The notes under the pieces were generated by a model. It did no database searches and was not told the origin of the DNA. It saw only the letters and a list, made by a program, of their open reading frames with translations. Of a DNA stretch of 36,020 bases, positions 12,601-22,365 are shown in pieces. The stretch comes from Bigelowiella natans CCMP2755 (Eukaryota > Protista > Cercozoa). Both the position numbers and the translations under genes were made by a program. The DNA lies in contig ADNK01002564.1 of NCBI GenBank assembly GCA_000320545.1, positions 1 to 36,020 of the forward strand. Reading direction: 5' to 3'. Numbering within the stretch: the first letter of the stretch is position 1; every line of letters starts with the position of its first letter.

Positions 12601-13485
12601 AGTGTCGGTGATCTCCAATATCAAAGCTGTGCATGCAGACCTACTCCTCAATGCATCTTCATTCTCTCTTCCCTCTTTCCGATCTCTTCCTTCCCTATCT
12701 TCCACAGCTGCATACCTCTAGATATAATTCCCTGCATTGGCTACTATTTTTGCAGCCAATAATCTCACTATTACTATTGCTTCTGCTGCTGCCGCCGGTG
12801 CTACTATTAAAGTGAAAAGTGACCTTCGGGTTGTTGTCCAGATCAAGCCCGCTACCGTTTTCACGGAAAGAGGCCTCTTCATACTCTCCGATAAACATCA
12901 TCGTCAACAGTTGTACTGTATCATGTACGTCCACAGAAGACCTGTTGAGGCGTTTCACTTTTTGGAAGATCCGCAATATAAGTGAGGCAAAAATGTCTTC
13001 GAAGATGTCGCTGTCAATGTATTCCCCCTCTTCATACTTAGAGAGTGTCTGCAGAAGTACCACCGATATTTTATCATGGCGAGAGCTTACGCTCTTACCG
13101 ATTACCAATTCACGGTGCCATTCGGAGTAGATATCAATCTTTTTCCACTCATTCTGTGTGAAGTGGCAGCCCCTAAGATGTACATAATTGATGTTCAATG
13201 TGAATGAAAGTGTGCAAGAATGAATTATTTGACTCTCTTAGATATCATTGCGTTTATCATCTTTTGAAATTCTGCGTGTTCTGTTTCCATGTATACATTC
13301 TATCCTCATCTGGTGCTCACTCACTTCAGCAGTTTCTTGACATCGCTAGCGGCCAAAGACCCTTCCGATGAAAGAGAGGAATGCAGGAGTTCATATAGCA
13401 TTCGAGTCCATTTCTCCACATCATCGTCTTCGATAATTTGCTGGGCCCCTCCGCCAGTGGCGTGATTTTTTTCATCAGCAGCCAT
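9669..13485 (-). CDS. Large multi-exon hypothetical protein (helical, possibly with degenerate EF-hand-like segments); 3' end uncertain
   Basis: ATG at 13485. Exon 13485-13325 splices in frame to 13172 (KKLLK-GCHFTQNEW). A chain of minus-strand ORFs (12695-13198, 12136-12453, 11689-12060, 10812-11759, 10519-10839, 10251-10559, 9669-10088) is separated by intron-like gaps. Confidence 0.55.
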
Positions 13486-13937
13486 GCTATCTGTTTGGGG
13501 GGGCTCCTCAGTTTTCGATTGCCATCGGTTACTGTCGAAATCTTAGTGCAAGTATCTTGCTAATCCAGAAGTCACACCAGGAAAATCCCCACCATTTCCC
13601 CGTTTTCTGGTTCATTGCGAAATCAAACGTCGCAGGACTCAAGTCCAGTGTGTTTTTTGAGGAAAATCGTACGATTCCCGGTGTTGGGATGAGCCAGGAA
13701 TTTCTAGTGCGACAACAACAAAAAACCGTTTTCGCTATTTTTTCTGATTTGTTTCAATTGTGAACCCCCCGTCCGCAGACCGTCGTGTAGGTGTGGCTTT
13801 TGGAGTGGATGCTCTGCGTTGTGTCGATTGTCGACGCCACATTGCTGCTTTCTCCAGTTGACCTCACTAAGGCTAGTTCGAGGAACTGCGATTCGCACAC
13901 TGCAAGTTTCTTGCAACACTTTGGAAACGCGGTTCAT

Positions 13938-14263
13938 TGTTGCGCGTAAGGTGTTCACAGGCCGAGGCGCTACGTGCACAAGTAGGCAGGGGGGGGGAAA
14001 GGCACGTTTGCTTCCTTTTGAAGAGTTGTGTTTATTTTTATTAAAGATTATATTTTTATTAAATCGTGCACTGCGTAATCATTCGCGAAGCTTTCGCGAA
14101 TGCCGCCGCACGTGGGGCAGCACACTTCCGGTGTGCTGCCATGAGTCCCGCCGGAACCCACGTGCCTATGCTGTATTAATATCTACGTTATCTATATTCT
14201 ATATCCGCGACAACCCCTTTGTTGTCGCACGTGACTTGTGCCCGCGTAGTGGTACGCGCTACA
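13938..14263 (-). repeat. 3' LTR
   Basis: Runs tgttgcgcgta...tacgcgctaca (10/11 terminal inverted repeat) and is identical by eye to 19328-19653. Minus-strand AATAAA signals at ~14031-14036 and ~14055-14060. Confidence 0.97.
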
Positions 14264-14272
14264 CCTCCCCCA
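14264..14272 (-). other. Polypurine tract (TGGGGGAGG) abutting the 3' LTR
   Basis: cctccccca on the + strand immediately next to the LTR, preceded on the minus strand by a purine-rich run (aaggaaggaaggag). Confidence 0.85.
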
Positions 14273-14314
14273 AGTCACGTTGCTCCTTCCTTCCTTCCTT
14301 ATTCCCTTAGACCT

Positions 14315-17300
14315 TCATCGCTTTCGGAACTTCACCAACCACCAGGTAATAGATTCCTCTCTAACCTTATCTCCTTTGTCGCTTACCCAGAACTCACCTT
14401 CGTCCTTAGGTTCGTGTCCATACCAGCCCTCTGCATCAAGGTCCCCCAGGACCTTATACCAGTGCTCAAAGGGTAAGTCGGGAACAGCTAGGTAGAGTAG
14501 CTGATATTTTCCGTCCTTTATTTTCATAGCTACCCTCTCCATATTTCGTAATCCAGGGTAGCCTAGATAGACAATCTTCATGCGCCAATCGTCGTTCACC
14601 CTGACCTTATTGTTTCCATATTCCACATCGAACTTAGGTCGGGGTCCTAAACAAGGCATTGCTCGCTCCCACACAGTAGGGTTTACTTTAACATCCTCTA
14701 GGAGCTTCTCACCGATATCATAATTCTTTAGGTGACTGATGTGGCGCAAGGTGACCCTGTTCCCATCATAGATGTAGTACTGCTTCCTCCCCTTCCTCTC
14801 GGTAACCTTTGCAACGCCACCCCAGAAGGGGTCTTGTTTATTTCTCGATCTCAGATTTACCTTGGCCCTAACATACTGTCCTTCCTTTAGAACTCGGCCA
14901 TCGTACGGGACCTTCTCGTCTTCGCTCTCGGTATCGTCGTCGTTGTCGTCGCCTTCTTCCCTCTCCTTATCCTTGATACCTCCCCCAGACGTGAAGGTGT
15001 CGTTTACTAACCCTTGTATCTTGTCTGGTGTGGTGCTATTTATCCTGCTTAGGTTGGCCAAGGTGCGGTGGAGTCGCTCTACCTTGGAGTTGGACTGGGC
15101 ATAGTATACAGGTGAGGCATCAATATTAGGGTGTGGTAGCTGTAGAAGAGAGGTCTCATTATCCACATGTAACTTCTTTGGTATCTTGTTTATGCTAACT
15201 TCATCAGGGATAGCCTGGAGCTCAGACTCCCAGGTACGGTAGCAGTTAGTAAGCCTCTGCTTATATAAGCCTTTGTTCTTCTTAGCAACGTTGACCTTGA
15301 TAATCTTTTTAACCCAGCACTTTCCAGTGGCCACATCAACGAAGGTAAGGTAGTGATAGCCATCGTACTTATAAACATCAATTTGCACGATATCTAAGAA
15401 GTTCCTTGCTTTGATTTTCTTAGATGCACGGCTCTTGCTGGACTCCTTGGTGGCGACGCCTGCCGCCTTCAAGCTGGAGCACCTGCAGCCACGCAGGTAT
15501 GTCCTTATCTCTTTTAGCTTGTAGGGCCAGTAGTAATGGTAGAGTAGAGCAGTGATATGGTTTTCTCCTACGTGTGCAGGTCCATGGGCGGTAAAGAGAA
15601 GGGCTCCCCTGGTCCGCCGTGGCACGTAGGTACGCCTAACATTATTAGTGTATACATATATCCTATCACTAAGTACCTCATGCTTGTGTTTGTATTTATC
15701 CAGGTGTTCTTGAAGGTGCTGGAGCTCCTCTGGCTCAGGCAGGAAGTCGCCGTCCTCGAAGGTAATCGCGTTAACCATAGGGGTGACCTGGGTAGGGACT
15801 TTCTTTTCGAACAGCCTGCTGAAATAGTCAGCAAGCTGCTTGTCTCCTGGTGCGTAGACCACTGTCCTCTTGTCCCTAAACTCTTCCGTGTCCGCCCTCA
15901 TAGCTGCATACTCATCGTTAGGCGCTTCGAGCTTGCGGTCGATGCCTAGGAGGGGCTTGTGGTCAGTCATTAAGGTGAAGCTGGGCACCGACAGCAGGTA
16001 GTATCTTAGTTTCCTCTGCGCCTCAGTCATGGCTTTATACTCTCCTTTTGTAGGGCTGTACTTGGCCTCAGCTGCTGTGCAGGCCCTGCCCCACACCCGT
16101 ATGATCTGCTGGTCTTGGGTAAGTACAGCAGCCATACCTAGCTTAGACCAGTCTGTCCATAGGGTAGCTGGTCTAGTAGTGTCTAGCTTAGCATTCAATA
16201 GGGTGTTGCTGCATAACTTTATTAGGTTATCGAAGTGGGCATCAAGGCCAGCCTTGGCCCACACCTTAGCGAAGCTGAGGCCTACAGAGTTCTCCTTCCG
16301 GTAAGCAGTAGTAAAAGCAGCTGCAGTCCTAGCGTAGGTAGGGGAGAACCTACGTAGTATCCAAGCTGCAGTCTGCAAGAATGACTTTAACTCCTTTGCA
16401 TTCTTAGGTTTAGGGGCTTGCTGTAGTGCTGCTACTTTCTCGGGGTTTGGGGTGATGCGGCCTTGCTCCAGGTAATATCCACACCACTTGATTCTTGTAG
16501 CTAGGAATGTACACTTCTGCAGTCTAATAGTAAAACCGAAGTGTGCAAACCTAATAAATATATTTTCCAGGAGGAAGATCTGAGCGACGACTGTGTTGGT
16601 ACATATTATGTCATCATCCACATACACAAACACAAACACCCACAACACAGACGCCATCCCATCATGTGTGTATGCCCTGTAGTTCTGACTACTGAACGCA
16701 TCCCCTGATATGCTTAGGCCGTAAGGGAATACGACGAAGTGCCACTTCCTGTGCCTGCTGGAGAACGCGGTAATGGGGCGGGAGGTTTTGTGGATGGGTG
16801 TCTGCATGTATGATTCATTTTTATCTAGGGAAGAGTAGTATTTGTATCCTATGACGTGTTCAATAACGTCATCTATCCTTGGTGTAGGTGTCTGGATCCT
16901 CTTTATTACTCGGTTGTGGCGGATGAAGTTGTGCGCCAGGCGGAAGAAAGGGTAAGTAGGTTTCTTAGCTAGCACATGTCTCACGTTCCATGGTGAGTTG
17001 CTTGGCTCTATCTTCCCTTCCTTTGCCCATTCATTGATCTGCCACTCTATCTTTTCCCAGTCCGCTTCCGGTCGCCTATGTTCTGGGTCATTGATGATGC
17101 ACTCTTCGTATCCCTTCTTTAGCTCGATCTTTACTGGGGTAAGCTTGCTGGAGGGCTTCGTCGTCGGCTTGGTGATGTCAGAGTACTTCTCGTTTAATAT
17201 TTTATTAATGTACTTTTTGCCTTTGTCGATATCCCAATCATCAGCTGGGGGGGTCTTGTCCAGTAGCTCCGTTATCTGTCGGATGGTCTTGCCGGGGTTC

Positions 17301-19288
17301 TTCTTCCGTAGCTCGGTAGGTGTAGGTAGCTTGTTGTCCGCTAGGTCCATAAACTCTAACGCATTAACGCTTGACTCAGAGGTCCACTCGTCAAGCCGTA
17401 TCATGTTCTGGCTGATGGTCCTGCCTGACTTCTTTGGCAACTTAGCAAAGTATATCTTGTGATTGTAGAATGATATGATCCCCCCTAATTTTTCTAGGGC
17501 ATCCTGTCCGAGGAGTAGTTCCATGGATAAAGTCATGGCTACTCGGGTCTTGATTTGGGTCTCCGCGTCGCTGCCAGGTATCTGTAGCTTTAGCATTAGC
17601 TCACCGACGGTCTTCATGGAAGAGCTTCCGTCTGCTTGAGCATATTTACGTTCTTTCTTAGTCACTTGATCCAATAGTCCTAACCTTCTTACTGTGCTTA
17701 GGCTTATGAAGGACTTCGGCATGCTGCCACTATCCCAAAGGGCAGGTAGTTTCTTGTAGTCTCCGTAGCTGTCTTTAACTTTAACCTTGGTCATAGCAAC
17801 TTTGATAGTCCTGTTAGCGTCTTCGTCATTAATGTTGCATACTCCTAAGTTCTTTATGTCGTCTAGGGTCATGGGCTTGTCTTGGTCCTGCGTTGCTGGT
17901 ACTGCTGTCTTCGTCGGCGCCTGCTTAAGGTGATCTAATATTCCGTTTATCTGCTGCTGTATAGCATTGATACTGTTCTGCTTTTTGTTCTTATATTTAT
18001 TGTTCTTCCCGTTGTTGCTGCCTTGCCATTTGCTGTTGTTATATCCTTGTCCTCTGCCTTTCTTTCTCTTTAACTTCTCGTAGTGTTCGTTGAGCTGCCT
18101 GATCGTCATCCTGGGTCGTCCTTCTTTCCTGTCTCTGCAGTCTTTAGCGGTGTGTTTCCCTTTACGTGAGCAGTATCCGCAACGTCGGTTACCTTCCCTG
18201 TCCTTGTACCAGTCTCGCTGCGGCTTAATAGCGTTAATGTTTCCTATGCCAGGTACCTTAGGGCTGGTAAACTTGCGGTCCTGCTCCTGCTCGCGTAGGG
18301 ATATAGCCTGCACTGCTGCCTCCATCGTGGTGTAGCCTTTCTCCGTAACGTAAGTGGATTCCTTTATCTTTAACTTGAACTCTTCAAACCTTGCCTGATC
18401 ATCACCTGTGTTGTAATTAAAATCATGTAGTTCGTCGATCATATCCTGGAAGCGCGTGGCAAAGTCTCTAACAGGTTCTCTCTCATGCTGCATCATTGCT
18501 CTGTATTTTCTAATAGCCTGGGGTAGGGAGTTAGCATCCTGTTCATTTACAAAAGCCTTCATTATCGCCTCAACGTCTCGTAGCCCACTAACTGTAGTGT
18601 GTATTTTCTCTAGCTGCCTGATCCGGGTCCTGCCTGTCTCGTAAAGGTCCATGGCTTGCTTTATTATAGCTAGCCATTTGAGCTTGTCGTTTTCGGTGGG
18701 GTTAGGGGTAAAGTCGCAGAGTATACTCCTAGCGTTCTTCCACCACCTCCTTGCCTCACCTCTTTTCCCGTTGTATTTCGTTATCATAACCGGTGCTGTT
18801 TTAACAGACATGAACTGGGTGTTCCGCTGTACCGGCTGCTGCTGCTTGACGGTGCTCTGGGTCGTCCCCCGCGAGGCGCCCAGACCCCCGTCGTTCCTAA
18901 ACAAAGCTGCCCACTCTGGAGGTAAGTCTGCTTCGTAATCCATGATGTCCTGCATGATAGCTGCCCAAACATCATGTGTCTGATACTTGTATTCTATCGA
19001 TACTTTCAGTTTGGCGTAGTTGCTCGCCCTGGGTCGCAAGGCTCGTAATGCCATTACGACCTTCTTGCTTTCGGCGGCCACGTCCTCGTCGTCCGCCTCG
19101 TAGAAGTTCTCCAGTGCCTCTGCTGCTGCATCTGCTTTCTTAATCCCGGGTGCTGGTCCCGGCGGTGCCTGTGGAGGTGTTCCTCCTCCTTCCTTAGCGT
19201 CCGTATCGCCCTTCCTTTCCTGTTTCTGCTCGTGCCCTTGCACGGCCTGCGAGCCAAAGTCCTGCTGTTCTTCTAGCTGCTGTGACAT
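14315..19288 (-). CDS. Gag-Pol polyprotein, 1657 aa: Gag with Zn knuckle, aspartic protease, RT, RNase H, integrase, SH3-like GPY/F module and a C-terminal Dam-methyltransferase-like domain
   Basis: CGYCSRKGKHTAKDC (18137-18181); ALWDSGS (17723-17743); YVDD (16613-16624); TDWS...EYKAM...TDHKPL...ADYFSR; HGPAH...CRCS; QID...VDNE...KVER; DPFWGG module; a ~125-aa tail at 14315-14690. Confidence 0.95.
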   Translation of the reverse strand: MSQQLEEQQDFGSQAVQGHEQKQERKGDTDAKEGGGTPPQAPPGPAPGIKKADAAAEALENFYEADDEDVAAESKKVVMALRALRPRASNYAKLKVSIEYKYQTHDVWAAIMQDIMDYEADLPPEWAALFRNDGGLGASRGTTQSTVKQQQPVQRNTQFMSVKTAPVMITKYNGKRGEARRWWKNARSILCDFTPNPTENDKLKWLAIIKQAMDLYETGRTRIRQLEKIHTTVSGLRDVEAIMKAFVNEQDANSLPQAIRKYRAMMQHEREPVRDFATRFQDMIDELHDFNYNTGDDQARFEEFKLKIKESTYVTEKGYTTMEAAVQAISLREQEQDRKFTSPKVPGIGNINAIKPQRDWYKDREGNRRCGYCSRKGKHTAKDCRDRKEGRPRMTIRQLNEHYEKLKRKKGRGQGYNNSKWQGSNNGKNNKYKNKKQNSINAIQQQINGILDHLKQAPTKTAVPATQDQDKPMTLDDIKNLGVCNINDEDANRTIKVAMTKVKVKDSYGDYKKLPALWDSGSMPKSFISLSTVRRLGLLDQVTKKERKYAQADGSSSMKTVGELMLKLQIPGSDAETQIKTRVAMTLSMELLLGQDALEKLGGIISFYNHKIYFAKLPKKSGRTISQNMIRLDEWTSESSVNALEFMDLADNKLPTPTELRKKNPGKTIRQITELLDKTPPADDWDIDKGKKYINKILNEKYSDITKPTTKPSSKLTPVKIELKKGYEECIINDPEHRRPEADWEKIEWQINEWAKEGKIEPSNSPWNVRHVLAKKPTYPFFRLAHNFIRHNRVIKRIQTPTPRIDDVIEHVIGYKYYSSLDKNESYMQTPIHKTSRPITAFSSRHRKWHFVVFPYGLSISGDAFSSQNYRAYTHDGMASVLWVFVFVYVDDDIICTNTVVAQIFLLENIFIRFAHFGFTIRLQKCTFLATRIKWCGYYLEQGRITPNPEKVAALQQAPKPKNAKELKSFLQTAAWILRRFSPTYARTAAAFTTAYRKENSVGLSFAKVWAKAGLDAHFDNLIKLCSNTLLNAKLDTTRPATLWTDWSKLGMAAVLTQDQQIIRVWGRACTAAEAKYSPTKGEYKAMTEAQRKLRYYLLSVPSFTLMTDHKPLLGIDRKLEAPNDEYAAMRADTEEFRDKRTVVYAPGDKQLADYFSRLFEKKVPTQVTPMVNAITFEDGDFLPEPEELQHLQEHLDKYKHKHEVLSDRIYVYTNNVRRTYVPRRTRGALLFTAHGPAHVGENHITALLYHYYWPYKLKEIRTYLRGCRCSSLKAAGVATKESSKSRASKKIKARNFLDIVQIDVYKYDGYHYLTFVDVATGKCWVKKIIKVNVAKKNKGLYKQRLTNCYRTWESELQAIPDEVSINKIPKKLHVDNETSLLQLPHPNIDASPVYYAQSNSKVERLHRTLANLSRINSTTPDKIQGLVNDTFTSGGGIKDKEREEGDDNDDDTESEDEKVPYDGRVLKEGQYVRAKVNLRSRNKQDPFWGGVAKVTERKGRKQYYIYDGNRVTLRHISHLKNYDIGEKLLEDVKVNPTVWERAMPCLGPRPKFDVEYGNNKVRVNDDWRMKIVYLGYPGLRNMERVAMKIKDGKYQLLYLAVPDLPFEHWYKVLGDLDAEGWYGHEPKDEGEFWVSDKGDKVREESITWWLVKFRKR

Positions 19289-19304
19289 TGTTAGTCAAAT
19301 CGTT

Positions 19305-19322
19305 TCCCGTGTGTGGAAGCCA
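19305..19322 (-). other. Primer-binding site (TGGCTTCCACACACGGGA)
   Basis: Starts with TGG, complementary to a tRNA CCA end. The + strand reads tcgtttcccgtgtgtggaagcca, like the T-loop/acceptor 3' end of a tRNA (Glu/Asp-like). Confidence 0.75.
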
Positions 19323-19327
19323 AAGGT

Positions 19328-19653
19328 TGTTGCGCGTAAGGTGTTCACAGGCCGAGGCGCTACGTGCACAAGTAGGCAGGGGGGGGGAAAGGCACGTTTG
19401 CTTCCTTTTGAAGAGTTGTGTTTATTTTTATTAAAGATTATATTTTTATTAAATCGTGCACTGCGTAATCATTCGCGAAGCTTTCGCGAATGCCGCCGCA
19501 CGTGGGGCAGCACACTTCCGGTGTGCTGCCATGAGTCCCGCCGGAACCCACGTGCCTATGCTGTATTAATATCTACGTTATCTATATTCTATATCCGCGA
19601 CAACCCCTTTGTTGTCGCACGTGACTTGTGCCCGCGTAGTGGTACGCGCTACA
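19328..19653 (-). repeat. 5' LTR
   Basis: Direct repeat of 13938-14263, followed by TSD TCAT. Confidence 0.97.
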
Positions 19654-20243
19654 TCATCATCATTGTTTCATCGTGAACGAGTGCATCATCACGGCGTGGT
19701 GTTGGCAATCGATCGATCAGCTACACAGCCTCGTCGCCAATCATGATGTTCAAATGTTGATGTGACCACTGAGCAGCCTAGCTAGCAGCAGCGTGTGCGG
19801 ACACGCCTGACACGCCACATCGTCATTTGACATGCAGGGTGCGCAAGTTGTTGTTTTCGCCTGCGAACAACGTGCTCCTTGCTATGTTGCATTCATGGCA
19901 CGTTCGGCGAACTGTTGTGCGATCATGCCAGACGAACGTGAGCGATCTAACCTTGGCACCTGCTGGCGCAACGTTGCATTTCATGCATTTCGTGATTCCA
20001 CAAAAACAAAAACAATTGCGGCACCACGTTGCATGTGCTGTGGATGTGGGCACAATGAAATGAAGTGCAAACACTGATTACATGATCACAATTGTTAATC
20101 AGCCAGCATGCACGCTCTGTCATGTGTCATGTCGGGGGCTTGAGATGACGGTGATGAAGAAACCATAGAAACAAAGATGAACCCACAGCGATGATCCATT
20201 TGCAATGCAATGTCAACTGTGGACAAACGTTGCGTCTGTACAA

Positions 20244-20515
20244 CTACTCCCACCTCGTATCCGGCGCAATGTCGAGTGGGGTGATTTTTTGTTCGGTCAA
20301 GTCCTTCATCACCTGGTAGATAAGGATGGTTAAATGCGCACCATCAACATTATTTTATGATATCATTTCATCAATACCTGATCGCGGATTTCGGCAGGGG
20401 TCATAGACTTGCACATTGTTCCAAACGCACCCTTCTCTTTGTAGAATTGGATATCCATAGTGTCGTTGTTCGCAGATCTGCAATGATCGCGCACGTACAC
20501 ACACGCACACACGCA

Positions 20516-20569
<54 letters not shown>

Positions 20570-21810
20570 AATACGTGAGAATAACAATCCGTATTCAGAA
20601 TAAGCTTTGTTCTCTTATTTGTTCCCTGAACGTGTATACGTCTCTCTCCCACTCTAACTACATGCACACACACACACACACATACTATCTACCCACCGTA
20701 TGTAGATAAGGCCCTTGAATTTCAGTTCAGCCAGCTGATAGGCGATATCGGTGCCATACACACAGTCCGAGCCGTACTCTAAGTTCTGGTCAAGGATGCA
20801 CGCGTGACAACCTGCCTTCATAATGCAGTGTGCCGCACACTTAGCCTCATGTAGAGTGCTTCCCAGAACGACCGACTTCTTATTAAAGTATTTGCGGATT
20901 AGGACACGCTCATACATCTTTCGGATCATCTTCATATCCTCGACGCAGGCGATGATGAAATCCTGAGAGGGAAGGGCGAGTAGCGGTGGAAGGAGCAAAG
21001 AATGAGAGGGTGGATGGAAAGGAAGAGAAAAGAACAGTAGCACGGAAAACGAATAAAATGACGACGTCGCTACCTTGGAGTTGCTGAACTGTTTCTTAGC
21101 ATTGTTGGCGTTGTTCTTGCGGATCTCTTCCGTCTTATGGATATTTGTCCACACTGGCAGCCGCAGGGTCGAGTAGAACAGGGACCTATTTATGCGTGTG
21201 GAGGCAGGGGGAATGATAAATGCAGGAAGAGCGAGCGAGGCGGGAGGCAGGAGGCTGAGAGTCTCAGTGTCGATTAACCCGCATCATCATCGTCATCATC
21301 ATCATCATCATAATCCACAATCTTCCTCATCATAAATCATACCCCTGGACTCTCGCCGATGAAGAGGTACCCAACATGCAGCATTACAAACACGGTGTCC
21401 ATATCCAGAGTGTTGGGGGAAGGGAGGGCATCTAGATCGCGTGAATTGGTTTACATACCCTTCCGGGCCGGCATCAAATTTGTATTTACACTTCTTCACG
21501 CAGTCTCGGATGATACTGAGGCCCATACCCTGTGACAGGTTGTCTTGGTGCAACAGCCGCTCCTCGCTGCTAGGGTTGTCCTTTCTTTTCTTCACGTCCG
21601 ATTGGTTCTCGTTGTGGTCTTTCATCTTGTTGCTCACCTGATGCGGCGTGTATGCGCAGAACGTACAGGCAGTGTATGTATTAATACATATGCGGACGTA
21701 TACTGACACACAAAAACCGCGATCAGACCTGGATTGTGACGCCTACGTGATTTCCGTGGTTGTCCCGCGTGTACCAGCATGACACCCGAATCACTGATCT
21801 GCATTATTTT

Positions 21811-21870
<60 letters not shown>

Positions 21871-22329
21871 TATAAATATGAAATACTTGTGCAATTTCTC
21901 CAATCCACCATCACATCGTATACATGCATCCTCATCACCATCCTCGCGTCGCAGGCATTCATTCGCACACAACTCACCTCTCGGGGGAATGAGCTCTGGC
22001 GTTGTTGAGAACGTTGTCGAGGATTAAGTAGAGGGCCATCTCGTCGGCGTGCGCTAACACCTCGCGAACATCCGGTGCCTGTCCAATCTCGATTCGTCTG
22101 CTCAAACTCCTCATTTCCTAAAGGAGGGGTCGGAGGATGAGGAGGCGACAACGGCATTAGGGATATGGTGGGGAAACACGATCGAAATAGCAAGGGCGAG
22201 ACGGAATTTCAGGGGGGGGCGCGCAAAGAAGCAGTAGCGGGAGGGGTTGCTCCGCTCGCATTTAGATGTTGTACGTGCTATACACAGACGCACGAAAGCA
22301 AGCACACGCACACGCACACACACACACAT

Positions 22330-22365
<36 letters not shown>

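Larger units (their letters stand above)
13938..19653 (-). mobile_element. Intact Ty3/gypsy-type LTR retrotransposon (5716 bp)
   Basis: Two 326-bp LTRs with TG...CA ends, 4-bp TSD TCAT at 13934-13937 and 19654-19657, PBS, PPT, and a single gag-PR-RT-RH-IN ORF in gypsy domain order. Confidence 0.97.

Noticed and set aside
13819-14310. 163-aa ORF and its twin at 19311-19676
   Set aside because: Antisense read-through of the two LTRs; the shared peptide only reflects LTR identity.
14862-18975. Small plus-strand and alternative-frame ORFs inside the retrotransposon
   Set aside because: Shadows of gag-pol; no env-like or other motif seen.
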